The position numbers and the translations under genes are program-made. Of a stretch of DNA of 64,000 nt, positions 26,650-36,032 are shown in pieces. The DNA is taken from positions 64,001 to 128,000 of IMG/VR virus record IMGVR_UViG_3300037851_000284. One strand, written 5' to 3'. The notes beneath the pieces are model-generated. The model made no database searches. It saw only the letters and a program-made list of their open reading frames with translations, and was not told the origin of the DNA. The stretch comes from a virus (taxonomy: Duplodnaviria > Caudoviricetes). Within the stretch, counting starts at the first letter, position 1. Each line of letters opens with the position of its first letter.

Positions 26650-27457
26650 CTTAGAACAAAGAATGGTGTCCCTCTTAAATAACCTAAAAAATAATCATGG
26701 GGTAATAGGAGTTAAAGCAGAATTTGAAGCTGAGGGTACTAGATTAGAGGAAGCTTTAAGATTAAAAGAAGTTGTAACACAAGCCAACCTAGATTTAACT
26801 ATTAAAGTTGGAGGCTGTGAGGCCTTAAAAGATATGTTTGATGCTAAATCTATAGGTGTTACTCAAATAGTTGGCCCAATGATAGAGTCAGCATATGCTT
26901 TGAAAAAATTTATAAAGGCTTGCAAAATATGTTATGTTGGAGAAGAACAATATCATGTAAACTTTTTAATAAATATAGAAACAAAGCTCGGAATAAATAA
27001 TATAGAGAGTATTTTATATTCTCCGGAAGTAGAAGATTTAGACGGAGTAACTTTAGGAAGAGTTGATTTAATTGGTTCTTTGGGTAGGGAAAGAACTTAT
27101 GTAAATAGTGACGAAATAATGTCTTATGCAAAAAAAGCATTTTCGTTATGTAAAAGAAAAGGTATTCTATGTACAATTGGAGGAGGAATAGACAAGGACT
27201 CTATTCCGTTTATTAGAGAATTATTTGTTGAAGGATTATTACATAGATATGAGACAAGAAAAGTAATATTTGATTGCGATGTTGCCTTAAGAAATAAACC
27301 AGAAGAAGGTCTATTAAAAGCAGTGAGTTTCGAACTTATGTGGTTGAAAAACAAATGTAATTTCTATAAGTCTATTCTGGATGAAGATTCTACAAGACTA
27401 CAAATGCTGGAAAAAAGATATAATTGCCTATTAGAAAAGATAGGATACCTAGCATAA
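26642..27457 (+). CDS. HpcH/HpaI aldolase / citrate-lyase-like protein
   Basis: KAEFEAEG; IKVGGCEA; VGPMIES; INIET; GVTLGRVDL. Confidence 0.75.
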   Translation: MNNLEQRMVSLLNNLKNNHGVIGVKAEFEAEGTRLEEALRLKEVVTQANLDLTIKVGGCEALKDMFDAKSIGVTQIVGPMIESAYALKKFIKACKICYVGEEQYHVNFLINIETKLGINNIESILYSPEVEDLDGVTLGRVDLIGSLGRERTYVNSDEIMSYAKKAFSLCKRKGILCTIGGGIDKDSIPFIRELFVEGLLHRYETRKVIFDCDVALRNKPEEGLLKAVSFELMWLKNKCNFYKSILDEDSTRLQMLEKRYNCLLEKIGYLA

Positions 27458-28422
27458 TGAATACTATAGTTATTACTGGATACAGAAGACCAGAGCTATT
27501 TAAGATACAATGTAATCAATTACTTAAAGAAAAAGAGGAATTTGATAAGTATAAATTACATTTGTTTCTAGACTATGGTTTTCATCCGGATTATTATAAA
27601 GTTATATCTTGGTTAAAGACTCTACATAGAAATATAAAACTAACTATTAGGACAGAGGAAGAATCAAAGAAGTCTCCTCTACCGGCTTTTTACAACATAA
27701 TGGATTCCTATCGTGCAGCAGTAGAGGAATCTGACGAATTTGTTATAGTAATGGAAGAAGACATGATAGTAACTCAAGACTATCTAAGATTTAACCGAGT
27801 GTGCTATGAGTTATTCTTGAGCAAATATTCTAGAATATTCTGTGTATGCCATAAAAGGCGCCCAGAAATCGAACTAAAAGGTAATATAAATATACTAATA
27901 GGAGATTATCAGCTGACGTCTCCTTCGTGTGTATCAGTAAAAGTTATCAAAGAATTAATGATACCTACAATGAGCAATCCTTTGTTCTTTGCTAATCCTA
28001 TATACTACAATCAGATGTTCTTCACTACGTCAAAAAACAAACCAGATGTACATATACATCATGATGGTCAGATAGAACGAATAGCCGAGATAAATAATAT
28101 GTTTAGCATTAAACCTGACCAAACTAGAAGTATGCACGTTGGTGTTGGTGGTCAGCATAGCGGAAGTAAATACACCATAGATGGTTCTTTAAACGATAAG
28201 GTGGCAAAATATTATGAACTAATGAGTCTAGGAACAGAAGAACTACGAAAATATGCAGAGAACTTTAAAGAGGATATAGTTGTAACAAACTTAGACAATG
28301 AGACTTGGGATAATTTAATACTTGACCCAACTAGAACATTATCCAAAGCCAGTTCATGGCACTATGATGAGGATAATGAATTTGAAAGATATATAGATGA
28401 AAAAAATAACAAACGATTATAA
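27424..28422 (+). CDS. GT-A fold glycosyltransferase-like protein
   Basis: VITGYRRPE; FLDYG; IVMEEDMIVTQDYLRF; RSMHVGVGG; true start may be ATG near 27456. Confidence 0.65.
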   Translation: MPIRKDRIPSIMNTIVITGYRRPELFKIQCNQLLKEKEEFDKYKLHLFLDYGFHPDYYKVISWLKTLHRNIKLTIRTEEESKKSPLPAFYNIMDSYRAAVEESDEFVIVMEEDMIVTQDYLRFNRVCYELFLSKYSRIFCVCHKRRPEIELKGNINILIGDYQLTSPSCVSVKVIKELMIPTMSNPLFFANPIYYNQMFFTTSKNKPDVHIHHDGQIERIAEINNMFSIKPDQTRSMHVGVGGQHSGSKYTIDGSLNDKVAKYYELMSLGTEELRKYAENFKEDIVVTNLDNETWDNLILDPTRTLSKASSWHYDEDNEFERYIDEKNNKRL

Positions 28423-28621
28423 ATATATAATTGAAGATCTAAAACAATCAGTGCGACGACTTATAGTAAATTATTCAGATGGATTTAGTAAGAATTATAT
28501 AGAGAACTTAATATTTAGATCACATAGTTGTGTGGATTATATAAAAATAAACAAGAACAAAACAAAGTTTAAAGTCAAGGGACTACAGGGATATATCAAT
28601 ATAACACATGAAAACATTTAG
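28397..28621 (+). CDS. hypothetical protein (74 aa)
   Basis: Operon-filling ORF. Confidence 0.45.
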   Translation: MKKITNDYKYIIEDLKQSVRRLIVNYSDGFSKNYIENLIFRSHSCVDYIKINKNKTKFKVKGLQGYINITHENI

Positions 28622-29384
28622 AGGAGACCTAATAAAATTATACAACCATCTTAAAAAAGACGAACCTTTTGCCTTTAACAGATTCTCAGATGGTGAAGAA
28701 TTTATATTACAGAACAAATATCTAGAAATAAATGATTCTCAAGTTATAGCTGGAGAGACCGTATTTAATAAAGGGTTCTCAAAAGAAGACCATAAAGTAT
28801 TCGATCCTGAGAAACATCAATGGTTTAGAGAAAGACTTTTACAGGCCTTCTATTGGGAACAAGATAGATATTATAAAGGTATACCCTGTAGATGTTGTGT
28901 TGGAGAAGAAAGATTTAAGTACCTATATAATCTAGGTAATAGTGATAAAAATCAATACATTACATGGGCTAATTTATTAGTAAATGGTAACTATTCTTTT
29001 TTTATAGATACTTTTATACCTGAGTTTGCTAAAAAAGATGTTGTAATTATATGTAATCATAAAGCAAATATACAAAAACTTCCATTTAAAGTAGTAAAAG
29101 ACTTCAGAGTTGGTGATAATTGTATGATTAATGATTATAATATAATAGAAAAAATTAAAGAATTTACTGGACAAACCGATGGTAATTTATTATATTTATT
29201 CTCAGCATCAGCCCTAAGCAAAGTAGCAATACATCAATTATTCAAATTTAATAACAAAGGTTTTTACATGGATATAGGAACAACCCTAAATTACTATCTA
29301 GATATGTCATTGGACAGAGACTATCTTAAGAATAAATGGCTTGGAACTAACTACGATATGGGAAATAGAATGTGTATATGGTAA
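28608..29384 (+). CDS. GT-D-like (DUF1792-like) glycosyltransferase-fold protein
   Basis: FAFNRFSDGE motif; FSASALSK; YMDIGT. Confidence 0.6.
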   Translation: MKTFRGDLIKLYNHLKKDEPFAFNRFSDGEEFILQNKYLEINDSQVIAGETVFNKGFSKEDHKVFDPEKHQWFRERLLQAFYWEQDRYYKGIPCRCCVGEERFKYLYNLGNSDKNQYITWANLLVNGNYSFFIDTFIPEFAKKDVVIICNHKANIQKLPFKVVKDFRVGDNCMINDYNIIEKIKEFTGQTDGNLLYLFSASALSKVAIHQLFKFNNKGFYMDIGTTLNYYLDMSLDRDYLKNKWLGTNYDMGNRMCIW

Positions 29385-29767
29385 ACAAACTAAGAATGTT
29401 GCATGTTAGACAGAATTATGACCGAGGGGAATTCATAAGAAAACTTCGAACGAATCCAAAACTAAGAAAGTGCTGGATAGAAAAAGCTAACATAACCCCA
29501 GAACAACAAATAGAATATATGAAGAAACACGGAAACGATTATTATGTCTGTATAGATAATGATGATAATATGTTAGGATTCGTTGGAGTAGTAGATAAGG
29601 ACTTAAGAATAGCTACCTTACCAAAGTATCAGGGATCAGGAGTAGGTAAGTTCATGATGGCGTTTATAATACAGCACTACGAATTTAAAATAAAGGTCAG
29701 AAAAAGAAACGTGGTTGGACAAAGATTCTTTTATGACTGTGGCTTACCTTTTGATATAGTGGAGTAA
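29372..29767 (+). CDS. GNAT-family acetyltransferase
   Basis: LGFVGV...IATLPKYQGSGVGK (acetyl-CoA binding Q/RGxGxG). Confidence 0.8.
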   Translation: MYMVNKLRMLHVRQNYDRGEFIRKLRTNPKLRKCWIEKANITPEQQIEYMKKHGNDYYVCIDNDDNMLGFVGVVDKDLRIATLPKYQGSGVGKFMMAFIIQHYEFKIKVRKRNVVGQRFFYDCGLPFDIVE

Positions 29768-29769
29768 TT

Positions 29770-30417
29770 ATGACAGTAAAAAGTTTACTTTATAACCCAT
29801 TTTTAGTAGTAAAAAGATTCGAAGAAGAACTATCTAGATATACAAATTCTCCTTTTGTGGTAGCGGTAAATTGTTGTACTAATGCGCTATTTCTATGCTT
29901 TGAATATGCCAAGAGAAATATAGTAGATAAGTCACCCCTAGATTTACCTATTATAACTGTACCAAAAAGAACGTATTTATCAGTACCACAATCCATTATG
30001 CATGCTGGATTCAGAGTTAAGTTTGAAGATATAAAATGGTCTGGAGCATATCAATTAAAGCCTCTACCAATATACGATTCAGCAAAAAGACTAACATCAG
30101 ATATGTATATAAATAATAGCCTTATGTGTCTTTCTTTTCATATAAAGAAGCCATTACCGATAGGAAAAGGAGGAGCCATTTTAACGGATAACTACGAAGC
30201 ATACGAGTGGTTTAAAATGGCTAGATACGAGGGTAGGCACGAGATGAATTATAAAGAAGACGATATAACTTTTAATGGTTGGAATATGTATATGGGACCA
30301 GAGGACGCATCTAGAGGGTTAAATCTATTAATGAATTATCCAAAAGATGTACCCGACCAAGAAGAGCTTGGAGGCTACAGAGACTTAACAGAATTCACCT
30401 TATTCAAAGGAATGTAA
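29770..30417 (+). CDS. short DegT/DnrJ/EryC1/StrS-family PLP aminotransferase (215 aa)
   Basis: AVNCCTNALFL; RTYLSVP; IYDSA; CLSFHIKKPLPIGKGGAILTD. Confidence 0.85.
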   Translation: MTVKSLLYNPFLVVKRFEEELSRYTNSPFVVAVNCCTNALFLCFEYAKRNIVDKSPLDLPIITVPKRTYLSVPQSIMHAGFRVKFEDIKWSGAYQLKPLPIYDSAKRLTSDMYINNSLMCLSFHIKKPLPIGKGGAILTDNYEAYEWFKMARYEGRHEMNYKEDDITFNGWNMYMGPEDASRGLNLLMNYPKDVPDQEELGGYRDLTEFTLFKGM

Positions 30418-30620
30418 TGAAAACCAGAGCAAAGTATAAAGAAATAGAAGTAGATATTCCAGATGAGCTATTCTTAAAGATAGCAAAAAGGGCTCACGAA
30501 AGGAATATAACATTTAATAAGATGGCAAATATACTAATTAAGGAACACATAGATGAACTCAGAAGAAATAAAAAAGATAGTAAACCAAAACATACAAAGA
30601 AAAACTTGGATAAAAGGTAA
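30417..30620 (+). CDS. small protein, possible ribbon-helix-helix DNA-binding fold
   Basis: EIEVDIPDELFLKIAKRAHERNITFNKMANILI. Confidence 0.5.
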   Translation: MKTRAKYKEIEVDIPDELFLKIAKRAHERNITFNKMANILIKEHIDELRRNKKDSKPKHTKKNLDKR

Positions 30621-31845
30621 AGACTGGGTGCAGTATGCGGGACCTTATTTTACATCTGAGGAATATGTAGAAGCAATAAGAACTCTACTAGATGGTTGGC
30701 TTGTATTAGGACCTAAAGCCATAGAGTTCGAAAGAAAGTTTCCAAAAAAGCTAGGTAAAGATAAAGGAATATTAACTAATAGTGGCTCTAGTGCTAATCT
30801 AATAGCCTTGAGAGTACTTATAGAAAAGTATAATTTAAAATCAAACTCTAAAGTAATAACTCCTGTTGCTGGATTCCCTACTACAGTTAATCCGATAATA
30901 CAGTGCGGATTAACTCCGTTATTTGTAGATATAGAATTACCATCATTGAATATAGATATTTTTAAATTAAGTAAAATAAAAGATGGTAGAGTGTTAATGC
31001 TGGCGCACGCCCTAGGTAATCCAGTAGACCTAGAATTCCTATCAAACAATTATTATACAGACGATTTATTATTAATAGAAGATTGTTGTGATGCGCTAGG
31101 AGCAACATATTATAACAATTCCGTAGGAACATTAGCAGATATAGCTACCTGTTCATTCTACCCTGCCCACCATATTACTATGGGGGAAGGGGGGTTTGTG
31201 GCTACGAACGACAGCGAATTAGAACGAATAGCTAGAAGCTTTAGAGATTGGGGAAGAGGATGCTATTGTTGCGGAAAGGAACCATCATTATCAAAGACTG
31301 GAAAGTGTAGTAAAAGATTTTCTAACTGGTTGGAATCAATTCCTAATGAAGAGTTTGATCATAAGTATATATACGACAGAATCGGATATAACTTAAAACC
31401 TATAGAACTTCAAGCAGCAATAGGCCTAGTTCAATTAAAAAAGCTACCAGAAATAGTAAAAATAAGAAACAATAATTTTAAATTATTATATAATATATTT
31501 AAAAAATATGAATCATTCTTCTACCTTCCAGTAGCAACCAAGGACACCAAACCAAGTTGGTTTGCGTTCCCATTAACACTAAAAGAAAATATACCATTTA
31601 ATCGTAACAAGATATGTAAGTATCTTGAAGATAATAAAATACAAACTCGTCCCTATTTCGCAGGAAATATACTATTACACCCAGCTTATAAAAACCTACC
31701 TCAAGCCGTTAACGCAGCAAAGAAGTTTCCAGTAGCCACGTATGTTACACTAAATACTTTTTTCTTAGGAGTTTCTCCAGTTATAACACAGGATATGATA
31801 GATTATATAGAAGAAGTAGTAGAAAGATTTTTTAAATCATTATGA
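30553..31845 (+). CDS. rfbH: RfbH/AscC-like NDP-4-keto-6-deoxyhexose 3-dehydratase (E1)
   Basis: NSGSSANL; GFPTTVNP; AHALGNP; EDCCDALG; SFYPAHHITMGEGG (His at the usual PLP-Lys position); RDWGRGCYC; YDHKY-like FDHKYIY..IGYNLK. Confidence 0.9.
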   Translation: MNSEEIKKIVNQNIQRKTWIKGKDWVQYAGPYFTSEEYVEAIRTLLDGWLVLGPKAIEFERKFPKKLGKDKGILTNSGSSANLIALRVLIEKYNLKSNSKVITPVAGFPTTVNPIIQCGLTPLFVDIELPSLNIDIFKLSKIKDGRVLMLAHALGNPVDLEFLSNNYYTDDLLLIEDCCDALGATYYNNSVGTLADIATCSFYPAHHITMGEGGFVATNDSELERIARSFRDWGRGCYCCGKEPSLSKTGKCSKRFSNWLESIPNEEFDHKYIYDRIGYNLKPIELQAAIGLVQLKKLPEIVKIRNNNFKLLYNIFKKYESFFYLPVATKDTKPSWFAFPLTLKENIPFNRNKICKYLEDNKIQTRPYFAGNILLHPAYKNLPQAVNAAKKFPVATYVTLNTFFLGVSPVITQDMIDYIEEVVERFFKSL

Positions 31846-33899
31846 TAGTATATATAACTGGATGCTTAGGATTCATAGGATACTACGTAGCTAGTAAGTG
31901 CCTTGCTAAAGGTTGGCACGTCAGGGGAATAGATAAAATAACCTACGCAGCAAATCCAGAACTACTGAAACAACTTAATATATTTGATAAATTTAAATTT
32001 GAACAAAAAGATATAAATGATTTAAAATATTTATACGATTGTGACTATATAATAAACTGTGCTGCTGAGACTCATGTTGATAATTCAATAGTCAAAAACG
32101 ACGAGTTTTTACACTCAAATATTAATGGAGCACACAACATTCTAGAATTAATCAGAAGTAAAAGCCACTTCAAGATGCCTACTTTAATACACTTTAGTTG
32201 TTATGATGAAAAGACAAAAGTATTAACACGTCAGGGATTAAGAGAATACTACCAAGTAAAAGTAGGAGATGAAGTATTAAGCATAAACACAGTTACAAAA
32301 AACACGGAATTCAAAAAGATTTTGAAAGTAATAATTCAAGATTATGATGGCGAAATGGTACATTTCAAACATAAATCCGATGATTTAATGGTGACTCCTA
32401 ATCATAGGATGTATTTTTTGAAGAATAAAAAAATCCAAATAGGAGAGGCTAAAAGTATATGTGATAAACACGGACAAACATATTTGAGAGGAAACAAAAG
32501 TGGAAAAGAGTCAGACATTAATATAGAAGGATTAGGATTATTACCATCAAAAGAAGTATTTTATCTATCTGGAATATTTATTGGAGATGGTTTTCTTGCT
32601 AATCAAGTAAAATTAACAAGAAACAAAAGTGGATTGAAAAGAGAAGATTACCTATCTAAATGTAGAAGTAATTTAGGACAATTCAAGAAACTGTCGCATA
32701 TTGGAGATAATGAATATAGCAAGTCTGAGTGCTACAGGATATATTTTGATGTACCAGAAAAAGATAAAGCAAGAAAAAAATTGGAAAAAACATTAAATGT
32801 ATTAAAAATAAACTGGTATCCTGAAAAAAATAGCTCAGAAGAACATATTTATTTTTCATCTAAAGAATGGAGCAATTATTTTTCGCAGTTTGGACAATAT
32901 GCAGAAAATAAAACAATTCCTGATTGGATGTTCGATTATGACCATTCAATTTTAAGGGAGCTTTATAATGGTATTATAGATAGTGATGGATATAGAAATA
33001 ATTCTGGTACAGGAATTTTAACAACAACATCTTACAGTTTAGTCCAAAAATGCTGTATTCTTGGTTACTCTCTTAATTTTTATATGAAGTTTTCATCTTA
33101 CAAACAACCGAATAATCTACCACAATTTAAAGATGGAAGAGAAATAAAATCTAGAAAAAAGTCGTATCAAGTATTTTTTAACACGCAAAATATAGGATGT
33201 GGAAATGAAAAATATCATATAGATAACTACAAGGGAAAAATTTGGTGTTTAACCGTTGAGGATAATAAAAATCTAATAGTAGAGAGAAACGGATTATTGA
33301 AAATTTCAGGAAACACAGATGAAGTATACGGAGATTCTTCTGGAACACATACTGAGAAAAGTGTTCTCAATCCGAGCAACCCATATTCTTCTACTAAAGC
33401 TGCAGCAGATATGCTAATATTAGCATGGGCTCGAACCTATAAAATTCCTTACGTGATAGTAAGACCTTCTAATAACTATGGCATCGGTCAGTATGTAGAG
33501 AAACTAATACCCAAGGCATGTAAGTTCTTATCATTAGGAAGAAAGATTCCTCTACATGATGGAGGAACGCCTATGAGAACTTGGTTACATGCTAGCGATA
33601 CAGCAGAAGCAATACTAACCATCATAGAAAAAGGACGCGCAAACGAAATATTTAATATAGCAGGAGACTACGAGGATTCTAATTTAAATATAATAACCAA
33701 AATACTAAGAGTATATTATGATAGTAAGAACATAAACATATTAAATTACATAGACTTAAACTACAGAAGATTAGGTCATGATATAAGATACCAAATAGAC
33801 GACAGTAAATTAAGAAAATTAGGTTGGAAACCAAAAACAGATTTTGATAAAGTACTTCCAAATATAATTAGTTACTATAAGGAGAACTTCATATGGTAA
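31842..33899 (+). CDS. rfbB: dTDP-glucose 4,6-dehydratase-like SDR, intein-interrupted (313 aa after splicing)
   Basis: GCLGFIG; DKITYA; AAETHVDNSI; spliced HFS|TDEVYG; NPYSSTKAAAD; RPSNNYG; REWL-like RTWLHASD; RLGHDIRY. Confidence 0.88.
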   Translation: MIVYITGCLGFIGYYVASKCLAKGWHVRGIDKITYAANPELLKQLNIFDKFKFEQKDINDLKYLYDCDYIINCAAETHVDNSIVKNDEFLHSNINGAHNILELIRSKSHFKMPTLIHFSCYDEKTKVLTRQGLREYYQVKVGDEVLSINTVTKNTEFKKILKVIIQDYDGEMVHFKHKSDDLMVTPNHRMYFLKNKKIQIGEAKSICDKHGQTYLRGNKSGKESDINIEGLGLLPSKEVFYLSGIFIGDGFLANQVKLTRNKSGLKREDYLSKCRSNLGQFKKLSHIGDNEYSKSECYRIYFDVPEKDKARKKLEKTLNVLKINWYPEKNSSEEHIYFSSKEWSNYFSQFGQYAENKTIPDWMFDYDHSILRELYNGIIDSDGYRNNSGTGILTTTSYSLVQKCCILGYSLNFYMKFSSYKQPNNLPQFKDGREIKSRKKSYQVFFNTQNIGCGNEKYHIDNYKGKIWCLTVEDNKNLIVERNGLLKISGNTDEVYGDSSGTHTEKSVLNPSNPYSSTKAAADMLILAWARTYKIPYVIVRPSNNYGIGQYVEKLIPKACKFLSLGRKIPLHDGGTPMRTWLHASDTAEAILTIIEKGRANEIFNIAGDYEDSNLNIITKILRVYYDSKNINILNYIDLNYRRLGHDIRYQIDDSKLRKLGWKPKTDFDKVLPNIISYYKENFIW
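32199..33314 (+). mobile_element. intein (372 aa) with LAGLIDADG homing endonuclease
   Basis: Starts CYDEKTKVLT; block B VTPNHRM; LSGIFIGDG and YNGIIDSDG; ends ERNGLLKISGN followed by +1 Thr; removal restores STDEVYG. Confidence 0.93.
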
Positions 33900-35005
33900 A
33901 AAGATGTCATCTATGTGGAGAAAAGCTATTAAAAAACCCGATAATAACTCTAGAAGGTATACCTCAAGCAGCACAGTTTTTCTTGAATAATACAAACGAT
34001 AGAGACAAACCGATCAATCTAGTAATAAAACAATGTTCTTCTTGTGGGTTAGTACAGCATACTAATAAACCAGTAAAGTATTACAAAGAAGTTATTACTG
34101 CTTCTAACGTATCAGATACAACAAGAGAAATAAGACAAAAAACACTTAGTAAGATAATAGATACCTATTGCTTAAAAGGAAAGAAAGTATTCGAAATAGG
34201 ATGTGGAAAGGGGAATAACCTTGATATATTAAATGATTTATATATGCGTCCTTATGGTATAGAATTTTCGAACCAAAACAAATATAACATTTTTAAAAAT
34301 TATATATTAGATAAAACAATAAAAGGACCGAAAGATTTCATAGTATCATTTAATTATCTAGAGCATTTACCAAATATAGATAAAGTAATTAAAAAGATTT
34401 ACGATATACTTTCTAACGACGGATTAATTTATGCCACAGTACCAAATTTAGGATACCTTTTAGATACGAAATCCTACTACGAATTCGTTCCTGATCATAT
34501 TTCTTATTTTACTAAAGATACTTTAAGCTTTGCCTTTCATAAGAACGGATTTGATGTCTTAATTAATAACATAATAAACGATAAAAACGATATAGAGATA
34601 TTAGCTAGAAAAAGAAGTAAAATAATAATAGATAATGAAGAGACCAAATCTATTATACGTGAACTAAAATCAATAACAAGTAAATATAATAGAGTTGCTA
34701 TATTCGGAGCTGGTCATAGAACACTTACCCTACTATCACTATTAAAAGATACTAATAATATAAAATATATAGTTGATTCTTGTCAGTTCAAGCAATTCAA
34801 GTATTCATCTATAACGCACTTAAGAATACTACCAGAGGAAAGCTTAATAAGAAATCCAGTAGATTTACTATTAATTATGGTTCCAGGAATATTTCCAAAG
34901 GATGTAGTAGAGAAGATTAAAAAACTAAGATTATCCTGCGATATAGGCACTTTAAAGGATAATAAAATACTTATAGAAAAGATAAATAATGACACTAACA
35001 GATAG
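33893..35005 (+). CDS. Zn-binding SAM-dependent (NDP-hexose C-methyltransferase-like) protein
   Basis: RCHLCG...CSSCGLVQ; FEIGCGKG; YLEHLP; DHISYFT; IFGAGH. Confidence 0.8.
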   Translation: MVKRCHLCGEKLLKNPIITLEGIPQAAQFFLNNTNDRDKPINLVIKQCSSCGLVQHTNKPVKYYKEVITASNVSDTTREIRQKTLSKIIDTYCLKGKKVFEIGCGKGNNLDILNDLYMRPYGIEFSNQNKYNIFKNYILDKTIKGPKDFIVSFNYLEHLPNIDKVIKKIYDILSNDGLIYATVPNLGYLLDTKSYYEFVPDHISYFTKDTLSFAFHKNGFDVLINNIINDKNDIEILARKRSKIIIDNEETKSIIRELKSITSKYNRVAIFGAGHRTLTLLSLLKDTNNIKYIVDSCQFKQFKYSSITHLRILPEESLIRNPVDLLLIMVPGIFPKDVVEKIKKLRLSCDIGTLKDNKILIEKINNDTNR

Positions 35006-36032
35006 AGAAGCAAGAATAAGAACCAGTCTTCAGGAGCGTAAACCAAGAGCGTTTGAAAAGATACAGAACTTTCCTGAAAAGATAAAAAACCATGAGTCTA
35101 TAGCATTGTTACAATTACAATACAAATATGCTTGTAATTTTAAATGTAAACACTGTGCTATAGAAAAGTTCAAACAAGCAGGAGGTAAGACGCTTACTCT
35201 AGATGAAGTCAAAAGCATAGCGGACCAGTCTGATAAAATTGGATTGGCAAGTATCTGTATATCCGGAGGAGAACCTTTAATATTTAAAGACTTAAAAGAA
35301 GTAGTGGATAATATAGGGCCTAGCAGGTTTAATATCAGTCTAGATACTAATGGGTGGTTTCTATCAAAAGAAAAGATAAAATGGTTAGTCGATATAGGAG
35401 TAGATAGAATACACCTAAGTATAGACGGTTTGGAACAGAACCACTCTATGTTCAGAGGAGAGAAAGATTCTTGGAAAAAATGTATACAAGCATTAGACTG
35501 GTGTAAGTTATACGGTTTAGGAGTTATTATAAATATAGTTATAACTAAAGACTTAATAAAATCTGGAGAACTAATAAACCAACTTGAATATATAAAACAA
35601 TTTAATCAGCACGCAAGCATGATATACGCCAAGCCTACTGGCTCATTTGAAGAACATAAAGACCAAGTTCTAGATACTAAAGATATAGAATACGTGCAGT
35701 CTTTAACATCTAAATACAATTGTTCTACCCATTTATCTCCTAATTGCGGTCATGAGTTTGGGTGCCTTTGTTTTAAAAGACACTTCTCTATAACAGCCTA
35801 TGGAGATGTTCTAGCATGTCCTTGGATTCCAATTTCGTTCGGTAATATTAGAGAAGAATCCTTACAAGATATTATAAATAGAGGACTTAAAATGAAATGG
35901 TTCTCTTATGATAACAAATACAGCTGTCAAAGTGGTAATACTGATACGTTTTTCTACCAGAAAATTCTTTCACAAGTTAATGATAATAAACAATATCCAG
36001 TTAGTTGGAAAGATATAAATTGGTATGATTGA
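34989..36032 (+). CDS. radical SAM enzyme with C-terminal Twitch/SPASM-like region
   Basis: CNFKCKHC; ISGGEPL; DTNG; HLSIDG; GCLCFKRHFSITAYGDVLACPW..ISFGNI. Confidence 0.9.
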   Translation: MTLTDREARIRTSLQERKPRAFEKIQNFPEKIKNHESIALLQLQYKYACNFKCKHCAIEKFKQAGGKTLTLDEVKSIADQSDKIGLASICISGGEPLIFKDLKEVVDNIGPSRFNISLDTNGWFLSKEKIKWLVDIGVDRIHLSIDGLEQNHSMFRGEKDSWKKCIQALDWCKLYGLGVIINIVITKDLIKSGELINQLEYIKQFNQHASMIYAKPTGSFEEHKDQVLDTKDIEYVQSLTSKYNCSTHLSPNCGHEFGCLCFKRHFSITAYGDVLACPWIPISFGNIREESLQDIINRGLKMKWFSYDNKYSCQSGNTDTFFYQKILSQVNDNKQYPVSWKDINWYD

